The position numbers and the translations under genes are program-made. Under the pieces are notes generated by a model. It ran no database searches. It was given only the letters and a program-made list of their open reading frames with translations, and was not told the DNA's origin. 64,000 bases of DNA from an uncultured Acidobacteriota bacterium (lineage in GTDB: Bacteria > Acidobacteriota > JAQAZP01): assembly GCA_963836075.1 (NCBI GenBank), contig CAWIIB010000009.1:2240001-2304000 (forward strand), in the 5' to 3' direction. Position 1 is the first letter of the stretch. Every line of letters starts with the position of its first letter. Positions 30,501 to 40,217 of the stretch are shown here, piece after piece.

Positions 30501-33500
30501 TCCCGCGAGACCTACCAGCTCAGCGGCTCGGGGATGGCCGAGCTGCAACTGGGCGGTTACTACCCCCACCTGACCCAGACCGGCCGGGTGGACCTCACCG
30601 GCGGCAAGCTGACCCTGCCCCAGATCCACTTCGCCTGCACCGGCATCGAAGCGGCCATCGCCCTCGAACCGGACCGTCTCGAACTGCTGAGCATGAGCGG
30701 CCGGATTGGTGGCGGGCCGGTGAGCGGCAGCGGCACCCTCCACTTCGGCCGGGACTACTCGGCGGAATCGTTCCGCTTCGAGGCCGTCGGTCGGGACATG
30801 GTGCTGGCCTACCCGGAGAAGGTGAGCACCCTCTTCGACGCCGACCTGGTGTTGGAAGGGGACCGGCAGGGGCACACCCTCTCCGGCCGGGGCCTGATCC
30901 GCCGCACTGTTTACAGCGGGTCGGTGTTCATCGAGGAGGAGGAACCGTTGCTGGTCGACGACCCGGTCTCCTCGGGGGAGGAAGAGATCGACTGGCTGGG
31001 ACGGCTGGCCCTCGATCTGACACTGGAGGCGCCGGACAACCTCTTTATCCGCAGCGAGGAGGGCACGGTGCAGTTCGCCGGCAGCCTCGAGGTTGGACAG
31101 ACCTTTGCCGAACCCCGGATTACCGGTACGGTGACCTCGGTTCCTGGCGGCCGGTTCCTGTTCCGCGACATCGAGTACGACGTGGAGGAGGCGCGGGTCG
31201 ATTTCATCGATCCCACCGGGGTGCAGCCGGTGCTCTACCTCAAGGCTTCCACAACCGTGGACACCTACCTGATCACCCTGGTGGCCGACGGTCCCTTCGA
31301 GGACCTCTCCTTCGAGGTCACCTCGGTACCTCGGCTCAATGACCGGGACATCATTTCGCTGCTGGCCTTCGGCCGTCTCAGCTCCGAGATGCCCGGGATC
31401 GAGGGGGCGGCGCTGGCCGGCCAGGAGGTGACCTCCTACTTCACCGGCGGGTTCACCGGTGAACTGCAATCGGTGTTCAAGGAGGCCTTCGGGCTCACCC
31501 GCTTCGAGATCCAGCCGATGTTCCTCGAGGGGACCACCGACCCCACCGCCCGCATCACCGTGGGCAAGGACCTCTCCGAAGACCTTTTCTTCACCTACTC
31601 CACCAGCCTGACGAACGTCGAGGAAACGCTGGTGCTGCTGCGCTACCGCTTTGACGAGCGGATGGCCCTGCTCGGCTCCCGGGAGCAGGACGGGTCGTAC
31701 GGCGCCGACTTTCAGTACCGCACCACCATGAGTTTTGCCCAGGGCAAGGATAAGAGGTTGTGGGACAGCCTCCTGGGCCGGCGCAGCCGCACGTCCCCTG
31801 ACCAGGGAACCGCCGCCGACGGCTCTCCCCGGCCGCGGGTGGGCCGGATCAGCTTTGCCGAACCGGAGCAGCTTCCGGTGAAACAGGAGAAACTGGCCGG
31901 CAAGCTCAAGGTGCGATCCGGGGACCTGGTGGAAGCCAAGCGGCTGGTGGACGACCAGGAAAGGCTCACCAAATTCCTGCTCAAGCAGGGGCACCTCCGC
32001 TGCCGGGTGAAGCTGGACCGGCTGCCGCGGGAGACCGCCAGGGCCGATGAGCCGTTAACCGATCTGGTCTGGACCGTGAACGCCGGGCCGCGCTACGGGG
32101 TGAAGTACCGCGGGGGCCGTGTCCCCCTGGGGATGAAAGGAAAGATCCGCAAACTCTGGTCCGGGGAGGCGTTTTTCGATGACAACATCCGCCGGGCCCG
32201 GGAGATGCTGGCCCAGCACTTCCGGCACAAGGGCTTCCCCGACGCCGAGGTGACGGCGGTGCAGGAGCCGGCGGAGGACCGGACGGACCTGGTCTTCGTG
32301 GTGCGGGAGGGTCCGGCCGCCCGGATCGCCTCCATCGAGGTCAGCGGCAACCGGCTGTTCAACACCTCGCAGGCGCTCGCCCTGTTGGAAGGTGGTCCGG
32401 AGGATGTCCAGTTGAAGAGCGGTGTCCTCTACGTGGAGGACCAGGTGCTGCCGGCCCTTGGCCGGCTGCGCACGGCCTACCGCGCCCGGGGCTACAACGA
32501 CTGCCGGATCACCCACTTCACCGGGGCGCCCCTGGCCGGTTCGGCCGACGGCAGGGAGAAGACGGTGCCTTTGCAGATCATGATCAGCGAGGGGCCGCAG
32601 GACGTGGTGCGCCTGGTCCGGTTCAGCGGCCTCAACGGCCTCAACGAGATCGACCTGCGCCACCGTTTCCTCTACCAGGAAGGAGTGCCCTACGACGCGT
32701 TCCGGATGAAGGAGGCCCAGGAAGACCTGGTGCGCTTCATCGACCAGGAGGGTTTTATTGAAGCGCAACTGGAGATCGAGGTCACCCATCTCGATGGCGG
32801 GGAGGACGGTCCGCTGCCGCACCTGATCGAGGTCGGAGTGGAAGAGGGACGGCGCCACCTGGTGGACGACTGGCGGTTTTCCGGCAACGTGCTCACCGAC
32901 AACCGGGTGATCAGCCAGGAGATGGTGATTCTGCCTGGACAGCCGCTCAGCCGATTCGGCATGCTGCAGAGCCAGCGCAACCTTTACCGCACCGGTCTTT
33001 TCGATCAGGTGGTGGTCCGCTACGAACCGCTGCCCGGCCCGGCGGACGGGCCGCTCAACGTCCGCCTGCTGGTGGAGGTGGAGGAGCGGGACAACCTTCA
33101 GCTCACCGGTGCCGTGGGCTACGACACCGAGGAGAAGCTCCGGGGCTATCTGCAGTTCAACAACCTCAACTTCATGGGCGCCCGCCGGATCCTTGGCCTG
33201 CAGCTCAGGGGATCCAGCTTGCGCCAGCGGCTGCAGGTTACCGGCACTGAAACCCGCTTCCTCAACCGTCGCAACATGGAGGCCACGGTGGTGGCCTTTG
33301 CCGCCCAGGAGCAGGAAGTGAGCTACGACATTTCGCGGCTCAGCGCCTCCTTCCAGGTGGACTGGAAGTATTCGCCGCACTGGCGCTTTCTCTACGGCTA
33401 CAACTTCGAGGCCAACCGTCTCGATGAGGTTCGGGTGCTGGAGGATGTGATCGAGGACCGCGAAGAGACGTACCGCATCTCCCGGCTCCGCCTGTCACCG

Positions 33501-34079
33501 ATCTATGACGCCCGGGACGATTTCTTCAACCCCACCCGCGGTCTGTTCGTCCGCGGCGAACTGGAATCGGCCCTCAGGGTGCTCGGTTCTCAGACGGAGT
33601 TCCTCCGTTCTTTGTTCAGCGGCAGTTACTATCAGCCGCTCTCCAACCGTACGGTCTGGATCTCCACCGCGCGGCTGGGGCTGATGGGCTGGCCGGGCTC
33701 CGACCAGTACATCCCGATCTCTCAACGCTTTTTCGCCGGCGGTTCGAACACCGTGCGCGGGTTCCCCCTGGACCGGCTGGGGCCGCAGGATCCCAAGTCC
33801 GGCCTGCCCCTGGGCGGCGAGGCGCTGGTGGTGCTGAACCAGGAACTGCGCTTTCCACTGTACGGCGACCTGGGGGCTTCGGTGTTTGTCGATCTGGGCA
33901 ACGTGTTTCTCACCGTGAGTGACATGTTCGACGACTTCAAACTCCGCCAAACCGCCGGCGTGGGCTTGCACTACCACACGCCGGTGGGCCCGGTGCGCAT
34001 GGAATACGGTTGGAAACTGGACCGCGAGGAGGGGGAGGGAATAGGCGAATTCTATCTGAGCATCGGCAACTCTTTCTAG
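27534..34079 (+). CDS. TamB/AsmA-like (DUF490) protein fused to POTRA domains and an Omp85 (TamA/BamA) beta-barrel
   Basis: 2181-aa single ORF: N-terminal TM, long beta-rich TamB body, DUF490-like end (ARITVGKDLSEDLFFTYS...GADFQYR), POTRAs (GNVLTDNRVI, QRNLYRTGLF) and barrel (RFFAGGSNTVRGF, TPVGPVRMEYG, SIGNSF). Confidence 0.85.
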   Translation: MTSEDKPLAHKKPSTEAKKSRKILSAFRFSRIGLAARIAGAVIILFSILLLYLVFGSPSSRITSSLLTGLVEKYFAPGSGFQALNLDFYSGELLISGIQLEIPPDPEALPTAEGPAPGCSLTLESLRFAFGPSFHRPFTFGAHQLDLDGLDVDMEHHSLMAFVNRFRKRDKKPPRDFSISLPGASIRRAVFRFGRHEIPLDIEVRNIKVSLAPTDSREVVEGVVQCGPGMVDANGYRFPVDSLVAAAGLDLSGVRVRHLELSSPVAQLTGDGVIGFRRYGEVPRRLAIQGVCRLERVARYTRLPFGLTGSAALDLELIGKWGEPDETGLWTLSGTVSGNRAWIDDLPLDDYTILAEVGSAGLTVHRFDTGLFDGRCRGAGSLFPLNTRGVLEATLELDKVSLPQVQPWIQLGEEWPQGLVSGQVAGTMPVKNWTDLVAAGDLVVDSGQRKGTLQAMGPPSLRGRVAFHAFQGTLQFQESSLVVGQTAVQFSGPLSLEGGGSRVNIRLVADDLRRSKNTLERIFGPRYPTLRDGEGRTPLSMAGVLEFDATLVREEGGPFRFEGWMRGDSLQLAGFRLGQTDGRFHLDPERFELRDLVLGGDGVNGTVDYFGWRLGRRGAGDEEPGAETEKERDLVLQVDDRMAGPAVYGILGPLDPLIGIRCDLTGIPLATVSNLLPMPPVSGDPADVQLALDRSDPFSPLAGWGLVESGSWDLDQWRFGTTRAGVEVDGDGVRWHGEIGGNGRMSISGWIEPGFHDVHFRCNGSAVEFAGACTVLVDEETGEPYFRAPLDFTGHGSYDGGRFSLRGGFYFPWLASGANLLGPGKASLAMNGDIWRLELEPETGSGRIRGMLFADGHNWPLWLAGELSSLRVRQCEEDATVPQFIPGQWAELTGRVWLRGPGAVARRMVLGGLVEHCLVSTSEYYRLESRGAFPILMDQGVRSLKVPRASFQGPGGSRISAGGRLAFEGVPTPSDMLLLGSFDLDGLGISRETYQLSGSGMAELQLGGYYPHLTQTGRVDLTGGKLTLPQIHFACTGIEAAIALEPDRLELLSMSGRIGGGPVSGSGTLHFGRDYSAESFRFEAVGRDMVLAYPEKVSTLFDADLVLEGDRQGHTLSGRGLIRRTVYSGSVFIEEEEPLLVDDPVSSGEEEIDWLGRLALDLTLEAPDNLFIRSEEGTVQFAGSLEVGQTFAEPRITGTVTSVPGGRFLFRDIEYDVEEARVDFIDPTGVQPVLYLKASTTVDTYLITLVADGPFEDLSFEVTSVPRLNDRDIISLLAFGRLSSEMPGIEGAALAGQEVTSYFTGGFTGELQSVFKEAFGLTRFEIQPMFLEGTTDPTARITVGKDLSEDLFFTYSTSLTNVEETLVLLRYRFDERMALLGSREQDGSYGADFQYRTTMSFAQGKDKRLWDSLLGRRSRTSPDQGTAADGSPRPRVGRISFAEPEQLPVKQEKLAGKLKVRSGDLVEAKRLVDDQERLTKFLLKQGHLRCRVKLDRLPRETARADEPLTDLVWTVNAGPRYGVKYRGGRVPLGMKGKIRKLWSGEAFFDDNIRRAREMLAQHFRHKGFPDAEVTAVQEPAEDRTDLVFVVREGPAARIASIEVSGNRLFNTSQALALLEGGPEDVQLKSGVLYVEDQVLPALGRLRTAYRARGYNDCRITHFTGAPLAGSADGREKTVPLQIMISEGPQDVVRLVRFSGLNGLNEIDLRHRFLYQEGVPYDAFRMKEAQEDLVRFIDQEGFIEAQLEIEVTHLDGGEDGPLPHLIEVGVEEGRRHLVDDWRFSGNVLTDNRVISQEMVILPGQPLSRFGMLQSQRNLYRTGLFDQVVVRYEPLPGPADGPLNVRLLVEVEERDNLQLTGAVGYDTEEKLRGYLQFNNLNFMGARRILGLQLRGSSLRQRLQVTGTETRFLNRRNMEATVVAFAAQEQEVSYDISRLSASFQVDWKYSPHWRFLYGYNFEANRLDEVRVLEDVIEDREETYRISRLRLSPIYDARDDFFNPTRGLFVRGELESALRVLGSQTEFLRSLFSGSYYQPLSNRTVWISTARLGLMGWPGSDQYIPISQRFFAGGSNTVRGFPLDRLGPQDPKSGLPLGGEALVVLNQELRFPLYGDLGASVFVDLGNVFLTVSDMFDDFKLRQTAGVGLHYHTPVGPVRMEYGWKLDREEGEGIGEFYLSIGNSF

Positions 34080-34097
34080 GCGGAGGATCGGTGGGTG

Positions 34098-35027
34098 ATG
34101 GCGAAGAAGCAGAGCGAGAAGGGCACTGATTTCCGGGTCCGGTTCTGGGGCGTGCGGGGCAGCCATGCGGTGCCCGGCGCCGGGACTTTGGATGTGGGCG
34201 GCAACACCTCCTGCATCGAAGTCAGGACCGCCGGCCGGATTCTGGTTCTCGACGCGGGGACCGGGATTGTCGGTCTGGGTAAATTGCTGGCGGCGGCGGA
34301 GGAATCCCCCGGCGATGGCGGCATCGAACTGACCCTGCTCATCTCCCACACCCACCACGATCACACCCAGGGCTTCCCCTTTTTTCGGCCGCTCTACGAT
34401 CCGCGGTCCACGCTGCACGTCTTCGGTCCGCGCTACGACGGTGAGACCATGGAAGACGCCCTGACCAATGCCCTGCTCTCACCCTACTTCCCGGTCCAGC
34501 TGGAAAGCCTTGCCGCCACGGTGAGGATCAGCAACCTGGAAGGCGGCGAGATCCTCGCCTGGGGCAGGGGGAAGGACGCGCCGGAGCTCCGGCAACGGGC
34601 ACCCGCTGCACGGAGTCTCCCCCGGGTGAGGGTGCTCCGCTGCCGCAATCACCCCGGTTGGGGCGTGCTGGCCTTCCGGGTTGAGCTGGAGGGCCGCAGC
34701 CTGGTCTACGCCACCGACATCGAGGGCAGCGAAGGAGAGGACGGGAGACGTCTGGCGGCCTTCTGCCGGGACTGCAACCTCCTGGTCCACGACGCCCAGT
34801 ACCTGCCGGCCGAGTATGCCGGCCAGGGCGGCGGCCGCCGGGGCTATGGCCACAGCACTTTTGAAATGGCCTGCGAGCTGGCCATCCGTTCCCGGGCCCG
34901 GCGCCTGATGCTCTACCACTTCAGTCCGGACCATGACGACACCATGGTGGCCCGGGTTGAACGTGCCGCGCGCAGCCTTTTCCCCGGAGCGGAGGCCGCC
35001 CGCGAAGGCCTGGTGATCGACCTGTAA
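34098..35027 (+). CDS. MBL-fold metallo-hydrolase (RNase Z/BN-like)
   Basis: FWGVRGS, GGNTSC, LDAGTG, SHTHHDH, YATDIE and HDAQY. Confidence 0.88.
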   Translation: MAKKQSEKGTDFRVRFWGVRGSHAVPGAGTLDVGGNTSCIEVRTAGRILVLDAGTGIVGLGKLLAAAEESPGDGGIELTLLISHTHHDHTQGFPFFRPLYDPRSTLHVFGPRYDGETMEDALTNALLSPYFPVQLESLAATVRISNLEGGEILAWGRGKDAPELRQRAPAARSLPRVRVLRCRNHPGWGVLAFRVELEGRSLVYATDIEGSEGEDGRRLAAFCRDCNLLVHDAQYLPAEYAGQGGGRRGYGHSTFEMACELAIRSRARRLMLYHFSPDHDDTMVARVERAARSLFPGAEAAREGLVIDL

Positions 35028-35154
35028 GAAGTGGTGATCGTCCTCTCATCCCGCCCCTCCTCCCCGCCGATAAGTACCTCATGTTGGTTGAACGGCGGCC
35101 AGATCCGGCTTGCGGGGGTTTGTGTGCGCCGTGCTCCGACACCTGGAGGGGTCA

Positions 35155-37815
35155 ATGAGAGATACCAAACATTTCCGATTCCACTGGTCTGTTGCAGGCC
35201 TGTTGTTCTCCCTGCTTTCGCTGACCGCGACGGCCGGGGGGCCGGCTGGTATGGTGGTTGGTGAGAACCGGGTTCCGCCGGGCCTGCTCTGGGTGGATAC
35301 GAATCACGAGGATGCAGCGGTCAACCGCAAGCAGGTGGCGATCACTGCCGACGGGGAGTTCGTGCTCTCCGGATGGTGGATCAACAACGAGCGGGTGCAA
35401 CTTTACCGGCGGGGCGAGGCCAGAAGCCTGGAGTGGCGCGCGGATATCGCGGGCACCGATTGGTTTCTCCCCCTGGAGAGCGACCGCGAAGGGCGGAGCC
35501 TGGTCTGCGCCACCCGGGGCAACGACATGGAGCTGGAATCTTTGCTCTACCTGTGGGACAAATCCTCCCCGGTTCCGGTGCACCAGATGATGGCACCTCC
35601 GGACCACCTCTGGGTCGATGCGGAAACCTGTGACGACGGAAGATTCTTTTTTGGCCTGGCCCAGGGGCCGTCACCGAACTATGCCGGGCGGGTGATCTGT
35701 TACGACCGGCAGACCGGGATACTGCTCTGGCATCACCAGTTGGGCAACCAGGCCCTGGGCCTGGACTGCTCGGCGGACGGGAGACGGCTGGCCGCTTCCA
35801 GCCGCGGGGAAACCGTGGTGCTGGATACGGCCACCGGGTTTCCCTTGGATCGAGTGGAGCACGAGGGCGGCAGCCAGTCCCTGCCGGCCCTCTCCGGCGA
35901 CGGGATGCTTCTCGCGGTGGGCTCAACCAGGGGGCAGCTGTCGTTGTTCGCCTGGGACGGGGCCGACTACGTCGAACGGTGGTGCTATACCTTTCCGGTG
36001 CTGGACGACGAGTCCTTTGTCAGCTGTGTGGACGTCTCCGATGACGGCAGTACGGTGATTGCCGGTACGCTCGATTTCCCTGCGGTCAACACGTACGGCG
36101 GCAGCTGCCGGATCTTCGACAGCTCGTCGCCGTTGCCCCTGTTCACTGAAACCGGTTTCGGGGACCAGGTCAACGATGTGGAACTGACCGACGACGGATC
36201 GAGGGCCGCGGCGGTCTCCCACGGACAACAGGGGAGCGGAGACGGTTTTCTGCTGGCGGTATTCGACAGGGACAGCGGCCGTACCGTCTTCTCGGTTCCG
36301 GACAACACATTCCAGGGTATCGGATCGACATTCAGTGTCGCCCTCTCTGCCGATGGGGCATATGCGGCATTCGGGGGCAGGGCCGGCCACGCTCGCGAAG
36401 AAGGTTCCGGTGGATACATGGCCATGGCCCGGCTTCCCATGTCCTTCCTCTCCATCCTTGACAGCGGGGGCGGGGAAACGGATGAGATCCTGGTGGGGCG
36501 GGAGATGGGCCTCCTGCTGGAAGACCGTAACGCCGGCACCGACCCGGGGGGGGCCATGGAGACCGTCCAGGTGCGGGTGGTCAACATGACCAGTGCCGAC
36601 GAAGAGATCGCCGCCCTGACTGAAACCGCACCGGGCAGCGGCCACTTCAATGGCACCCTGCCCACACTGTTCTCGCCATCATGCCCGCCGGTGGCCGGGG
36701 ACGGTCGTCTGGATTGCGGCAGCGGAGACCTGGTGCGTGCGGTCTATATCGACGCCGGCGATCCGGAAGACCAGGCGCGGGTTGAAGCACACACCCGCTG
36801 GCCTCTGCAGATCGTCGGTGCTCCGGGGCCGGGGCAAGGCAACCCGGCCCGCGGCCGGATCGTCGATCCCTTTGGCCAGGCTGATCTGGCCGGCGATATC
36901 GAGCCTTATGGGGCAGCGGTGGGCTACGGTCTGCGTCTGGCCCTGGGGGACATCGACGGCGACGGCATCGATGAAATCGTCTGTGGTCCGGGCCCCGGCC
37001 TGGAATACGGCCCGCTGGTCCGGGCCTTCGAGGCCGACGGCAGCCTGGTGACCCGCGTGTCGTTCATGGCGTACGGCACATGGCGCTTCGGGGTCAATGT
37101 GGCCTGTGGCGACGTGGACGGCGACGGCATCGACGAGATCATCACCGGCGCCGGGCCGGGTGAAGTGTTTGGTCCCCACGTCCGCGGCTGGGACGCTGAC
37201 GGCGCTGCGGTGACTCCGATGGACGGGATCAGTTTCCTGGCCTACGGGACAAACCGTTACGGGGTCAACGTGGCCTGCGGTGATGTGGATGGCGACGGCA
37301 TGGACGAGATCATCACCGGCGCCGGGCCGGGCGGGGTGTTCGGTCCCCACGTCCGTGGCTGGAACCACGACGGTGGGACCACCACCTCCCCGATCCCCGG
37401 GTTCAGTTTCCTGGCTTACGGGGCCAACCGCTTCGGCGTCAACGTGGCCTGCGGCGACCTGCAGGGGGACGGCGTGGCCGAAGTCGTCACCGGCCCCGGT
37501 CCGGGTGACATGTTCCCGGCCCATGTCCGGGCCTGGCGCCTGGATGGCTCGGCCGTCTCTCCGGTGGCCGGGGTCAGCTTTCTGGCTTATGACGGTGAGT
37601 ATCGTTACGGCGCCGCGGTGGCCGCCGGCGACCTCGACCTCGACGGGACCGACGAGATGATCACCGCGCCGGGAGCGGACCCCCGGGCCCCCTGCCGGGT
37701 GAGGGGGTTCAAGATGACCGGCACCGGCGTGCAGCAGCTGGACTATTGTGATTTCCTGGCTTTTGACGGCCTGGTGAGCCACGGCGGAAACGTCGCCGCC
37801 GGCAGTTTGCGGTGA
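35155..37815 (+). CDS. Secreted WD40/PQQ-like beta-propeller protein with a C-terminal GPHVRGW-type FG-GAP module
   Basis: GGAGG RBS, signal peptide, 'SxDG' propeller repeats, a middle 'LTETAPGSGHFNG...GDLVRAVYID' domain, and a C-terminal module homologous to 24560-25565. Confidence 0.8.
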   Translation: MRDTKHFRFHWSVAGLLFSLLSLTATAGGPAGMVVGENRVPPGLLWVDTNHEDAAVNRKQVAITADGEFVLSGWWINNERVQLYRRGEARSLEWRADIAGTDWFLPLESDREGRSLVCATRGNDMELESLLYLWDKSSPVPVHQMMAPPDHLWVDAETCDDGRFFFGLAQGPSPNYAGRVICYDRQTGILLWHHQLGNQALGLDCSADGRRLAASSRGETVVLDTATGFPLDRVEHEGGSQSLPALSGDGMLLAVGSTRGQLSLFAWDGADYVERWCYTFPVLDDESFVSCVDVSDDGSTVIAGTLDFPAVNTYGGSCRIFDSSSPLPLFTETGFGDQVNDVELTDDGSRAAAVSHGQQGSGDGFLLAVFDRDSGRTVFSVPDNTFQGIGSTFSVALSADGAYAAFGGRAGHAREEGSGGYMAMARLPMSFLSILDSGGGETDEILVGREMGLLLEDRNAGTDPGGAMETVQVRVVNMTSADEEIAALTETAPGSGHFNGTLPTLFSPSCPPVAGDGRLDCGSGDLVRAVYIDAGDPEDQARVEAHTRWPLQIVGAPGPGQGNPARGRIVDPFGQADLAGDIEPYGAAVGYGLRLALGDIDGDGIDEIVCGPGPGLEYGPLVRAFEADGSLVTRVSFMAYGTWRFGVNVACGDVDGDGIDEIITGAGPGEVFGPHVRGWDADGAAVTPMDGISFLAYGTNRYGVNVACGDVDGDGMDEIITGAGPGGVFGPHVRGWNHDGGTTTSPIPGFSFLAYGANRFGVNVACGDLQGDGVAEVVTGPGPGDMFPAHVRAWRLDGSAVSPVAGVSFLAYDGEYRYGAAVAAGDLDLDGTDEMITAPGADPRAPCRVRGFKMTGTGVQQLDYCDFLAFDGLVSHGGNVAAGSLR

Positions 37816-37820
37816 CTCTG

Positions 37821-39101
37821 CTACGACCTCCGCACCCAGCGCAGGATCTCCATCGGCCCGGGCCGCTTGCCATACATCAGGATCCCCACCCGGAAGATCT
37901 TGCCCACCAGCCAGATCATCGCCACGTTGGTTGCGATGAGCAGGATGACGGAGAGGGCGATCTGCCAGAAGGCCGGCATCACCGTGTTGATCCGCACCAT
38001 CATGATGAAGGGGGTGAAGAAGGGGATCAGCGACACCACCTGGGCGATCATCGACGTGGGGTTGTTCATGAAAAAGAAGACCGTGGAGAGCGGAATGATC
38101 AGCAGCAGGATCACCGGCATCTGTGCCTGCTGGGCTTCCTGCTCGGTGTTGCACACCGCGCCCACCGCCGCGTAGAGGGTGGCATAGAGGAAGTAGCCCA
38201 GCACGTAGAACAGGATCATGTAGATGAACATCGTGGGGGAGAGCCCCTCCAGCAGCGGTCCCAGGGTCTCCTGTGACGAACCGTAGATCAGGAACGCGGC
38301 GCCGGAGAGGGCGTAGACGGTCATCTGGGTCAGCCCCACCAGGGCGATGCCCACCACCTTGCCCATCATCAGCTGGAAGGGGGTGAGCGACGAGAGCAGC
38401 ACCTCGACGATTCGTGAGGACTTCTCCTCGATGACCCCGCGCATGATGGCCACACCCCAGAGGACGAACATCATGTAGAAGAGGAAGATGAAGAGGTAGT
38501 TGGCCACGAAGCCGATCACCCGGGCCGCTTCCGATTTCTCCTTTTCCTCGCCGCTCCTGGTCACCTCCACCACGCTCATCTCAATACCGCGGGTCAGCTC
38601 CCGCAGCTGGTCGCGGTCCAGGCCGGAGTCGGAGTCAGCCAGCCGCAGGTCCAGCGCCACCTTGTACAGTGCGTTGTCCATCCGCTGCTGCTCGTTGAAG
38701 CTGATGTTGCGGGAGAAATACTTGATCCCGCCCTCCTCGTCGAACTCGCGCTCCACCACCAGGTAGGCGTCGAGGGAGCCGTCCAGCACCCGCTGGTTCA
38801 GCTCCTGGCGGGCGGCGGTGGGGCCCTGGTCACCCGGGTCCACCATCTCCAGGGCGTAGCGTGATCGCCCGTCGTCCAGGGTGACCTCGGAGAACGCGTC
38901 CTCCAGGGGCCCGGCAAAACCGCCGTGCAGGTCCACCAGGGCCATCTGCTGCTGGACCGACGGTGAGAGCATCATCATCGCCGAGGGCAGGCCCATCAGC
39001 AGGGCCATCAGCACCGGGCCGAGGATGGTGAAGATGATAAAACTCTTTTTCTTCACCCGGGTCAGATATTCGCGTCGCAGGACGGCCAGTATCTTGTTCA
39101 T
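37821..39101 (-). CDS. ABC transporter permease (NatB/YhaP-like)
   Basis: REYLTRVK, IEEKSSRIVEVLLS, LMMGKVVG and SLIPFFTPF. Confidence 0.9.
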   Translation of the reverse strand: MNKILAVLRREYLTRVKKKSFIIFTILGPVLMALLMGLPSAMMMLSPSVQQQMALVDLHGGFAGPLEDAFSEVTLDDGRSRYALEMVDPGDQGPTAARQELNQRVLDGSLDAYLVVEREFDEEGGIKYFSRNISFNEQQRMDNALYKVALDLRLADSDSGLDRDQLRELTRGIEMSVVEVTRSGEEKEKSEAARVIGFVANYLFIFLFYMMFVLWGVAIMRGVIEEKSSRIVEVLLSSLTPFQLMMGKVVGIALVGLTQMTVYALSGAAFLIYGSSQETLGPLLEGLSPTMFIYMILFYVLGYFLYATLYAAVGAVCNTEQEAQQAQMPVILLLIIPLSTVFFFMNNPTSMIAQVVSLIPFFTPFIMMVRINTVMPAFWQIALSVILLIATNVAMIWLVGKIFRVGILMYGKRPGPMEILRWVRRS

Positions 39102-40006
39102 CACGCGGCCTCCCTTCCCACGATATTGACGAAGATGTTGTGCAGGGTCGGCTCCATCACCTGGAAGCGCTTGAGCCGGCAGCCGTCGGACACCGCCCGT
39201 TCCAGCAGTTGCCGGGGTTCCACGCCCTCGGCCAGGGTGACCTCGGCGTAGTTGCCGTAGCGGTCGATGCTGCCCACCAGGGCCTTGTCGTCGAGGAAGG
39301 CCGCCTGGCCCTCGAACTCCAGGGCGATGGTGTTCGTGCCGTAGCTGTGCTTCACATCGCTGAGCCGGCCGTCCAGCACCTTCCTGCCCTTGTTGATCAG
39401 GCAGATGTATTCGCAGAGTTTCTCCACCTGCTCCATGATGTGGGTGGAGAAGACAATGGTTTTGCCCTGCTGGTGCAGTTCGAGAATGATCTCCTTCAAC
39501 ATGTCGACGTTCACCGGGTCGAGGCCGGAGAAGGGCTCGTCAAGGATCAGCAGCTCCGGGTCGTGGAGCATGGCCGAAACAAACTGCACTTTCTGCTGCA
39601 TCCCCTTGGACAGTTCCTCCACCTTCTTCTCCTTCCAGTCGGTCAGTCCCACCCGGGCCAGCCACTGGTCGGTGCGCTCCTTTGCCGTCCGCGCCGCCAC
39701 GCCCTTGATCGATGCCAGGTAGTGCAGCACTTCGTTCACCTTCATCTTGGCGTAGAGCCCGCGCTCCTCCGGCAGGTAGCCGATCCGTTCCTTGAGCTGC
39801 TCGTTCATCCCCTCTCCCAGCACCTCGATCCGGCCCGTGTCGGGAATGAGGATGTTCATGATCATGCGGATGGAGGTGGTCTTGCCTGCCCCGTTGGGCC
39901 CCAGCAGACCGAAAATGCTTCCCCGGGGGACGGTCAGGTCGAGGCTGTCCACCGCCCGGTGCCCCTCGTAGGCCTTGGTTATCCTGTCGATTTTGATTGC
40001 GTCCAT
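39101..40006 (-). CDS. ABC transporter ATP-binding protein (NatA/YhaQ-like)
   Basis: GPNGAGKTT, GYLPEERGLY, LSKGMQQK and ILDEPFSGLDP. Start taken at MDAIK. Confidence 0.92.
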   Translation of the reverse strand: MDAIKIDRITKAYEGHRAVDSLDLTVPRGSIFGLLGPNGAGKTTSIRMIMNILIPDTGRIEVLGEGMNEQLKERIGYLPEERGLYAKMKVNEVLHYLASIKGVAARTAKERTDQWLARVGLTDWKEKKVEELSKGMQQKVQFVSAMLHDPELLILDEPFSGLDPVNVDMLKEIILELHQQGKTIVFSTHIMEQVEKLCEYICLINKGRKVLDGRLSDVKHSYGTNTIALEFEGQAAFLDDKALVGSIDRYGNYAEVTLAEGVEPRQLLERAVSDGCRLKRFQVMEPTLHNIFVNIVGREAA

Positions 40007-40217
40007 GTTGCTCCACCTGTGGCGTTGCGGTTGTGTCCCGGCGGAACCGGTCCCCGGGCGCTTCCTGCATATACGCAATAGCGCCCCCGAGGTTTCAGCT
40101 GCGGGGAGCGGTGCATGGTTGACAGTTCCCCCCTGCGGCACCTATCTTTATTCCGTGGAGAGTTTTCCGCCGCGGGGAGTGTTCCCGCCCGCTGAAACCC
40201 GTTTCAGGAGTTTTACG

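Noticed and set aside
27606-31994. 1462-aa minus-strand ORF, plus other long antisense ORFs such as 18989-21547, 45307-47349 and 35-736
   Set aside because: These are shadow frames opposite well-supported genes in high-GC DNA and carry no recognisable motifs.
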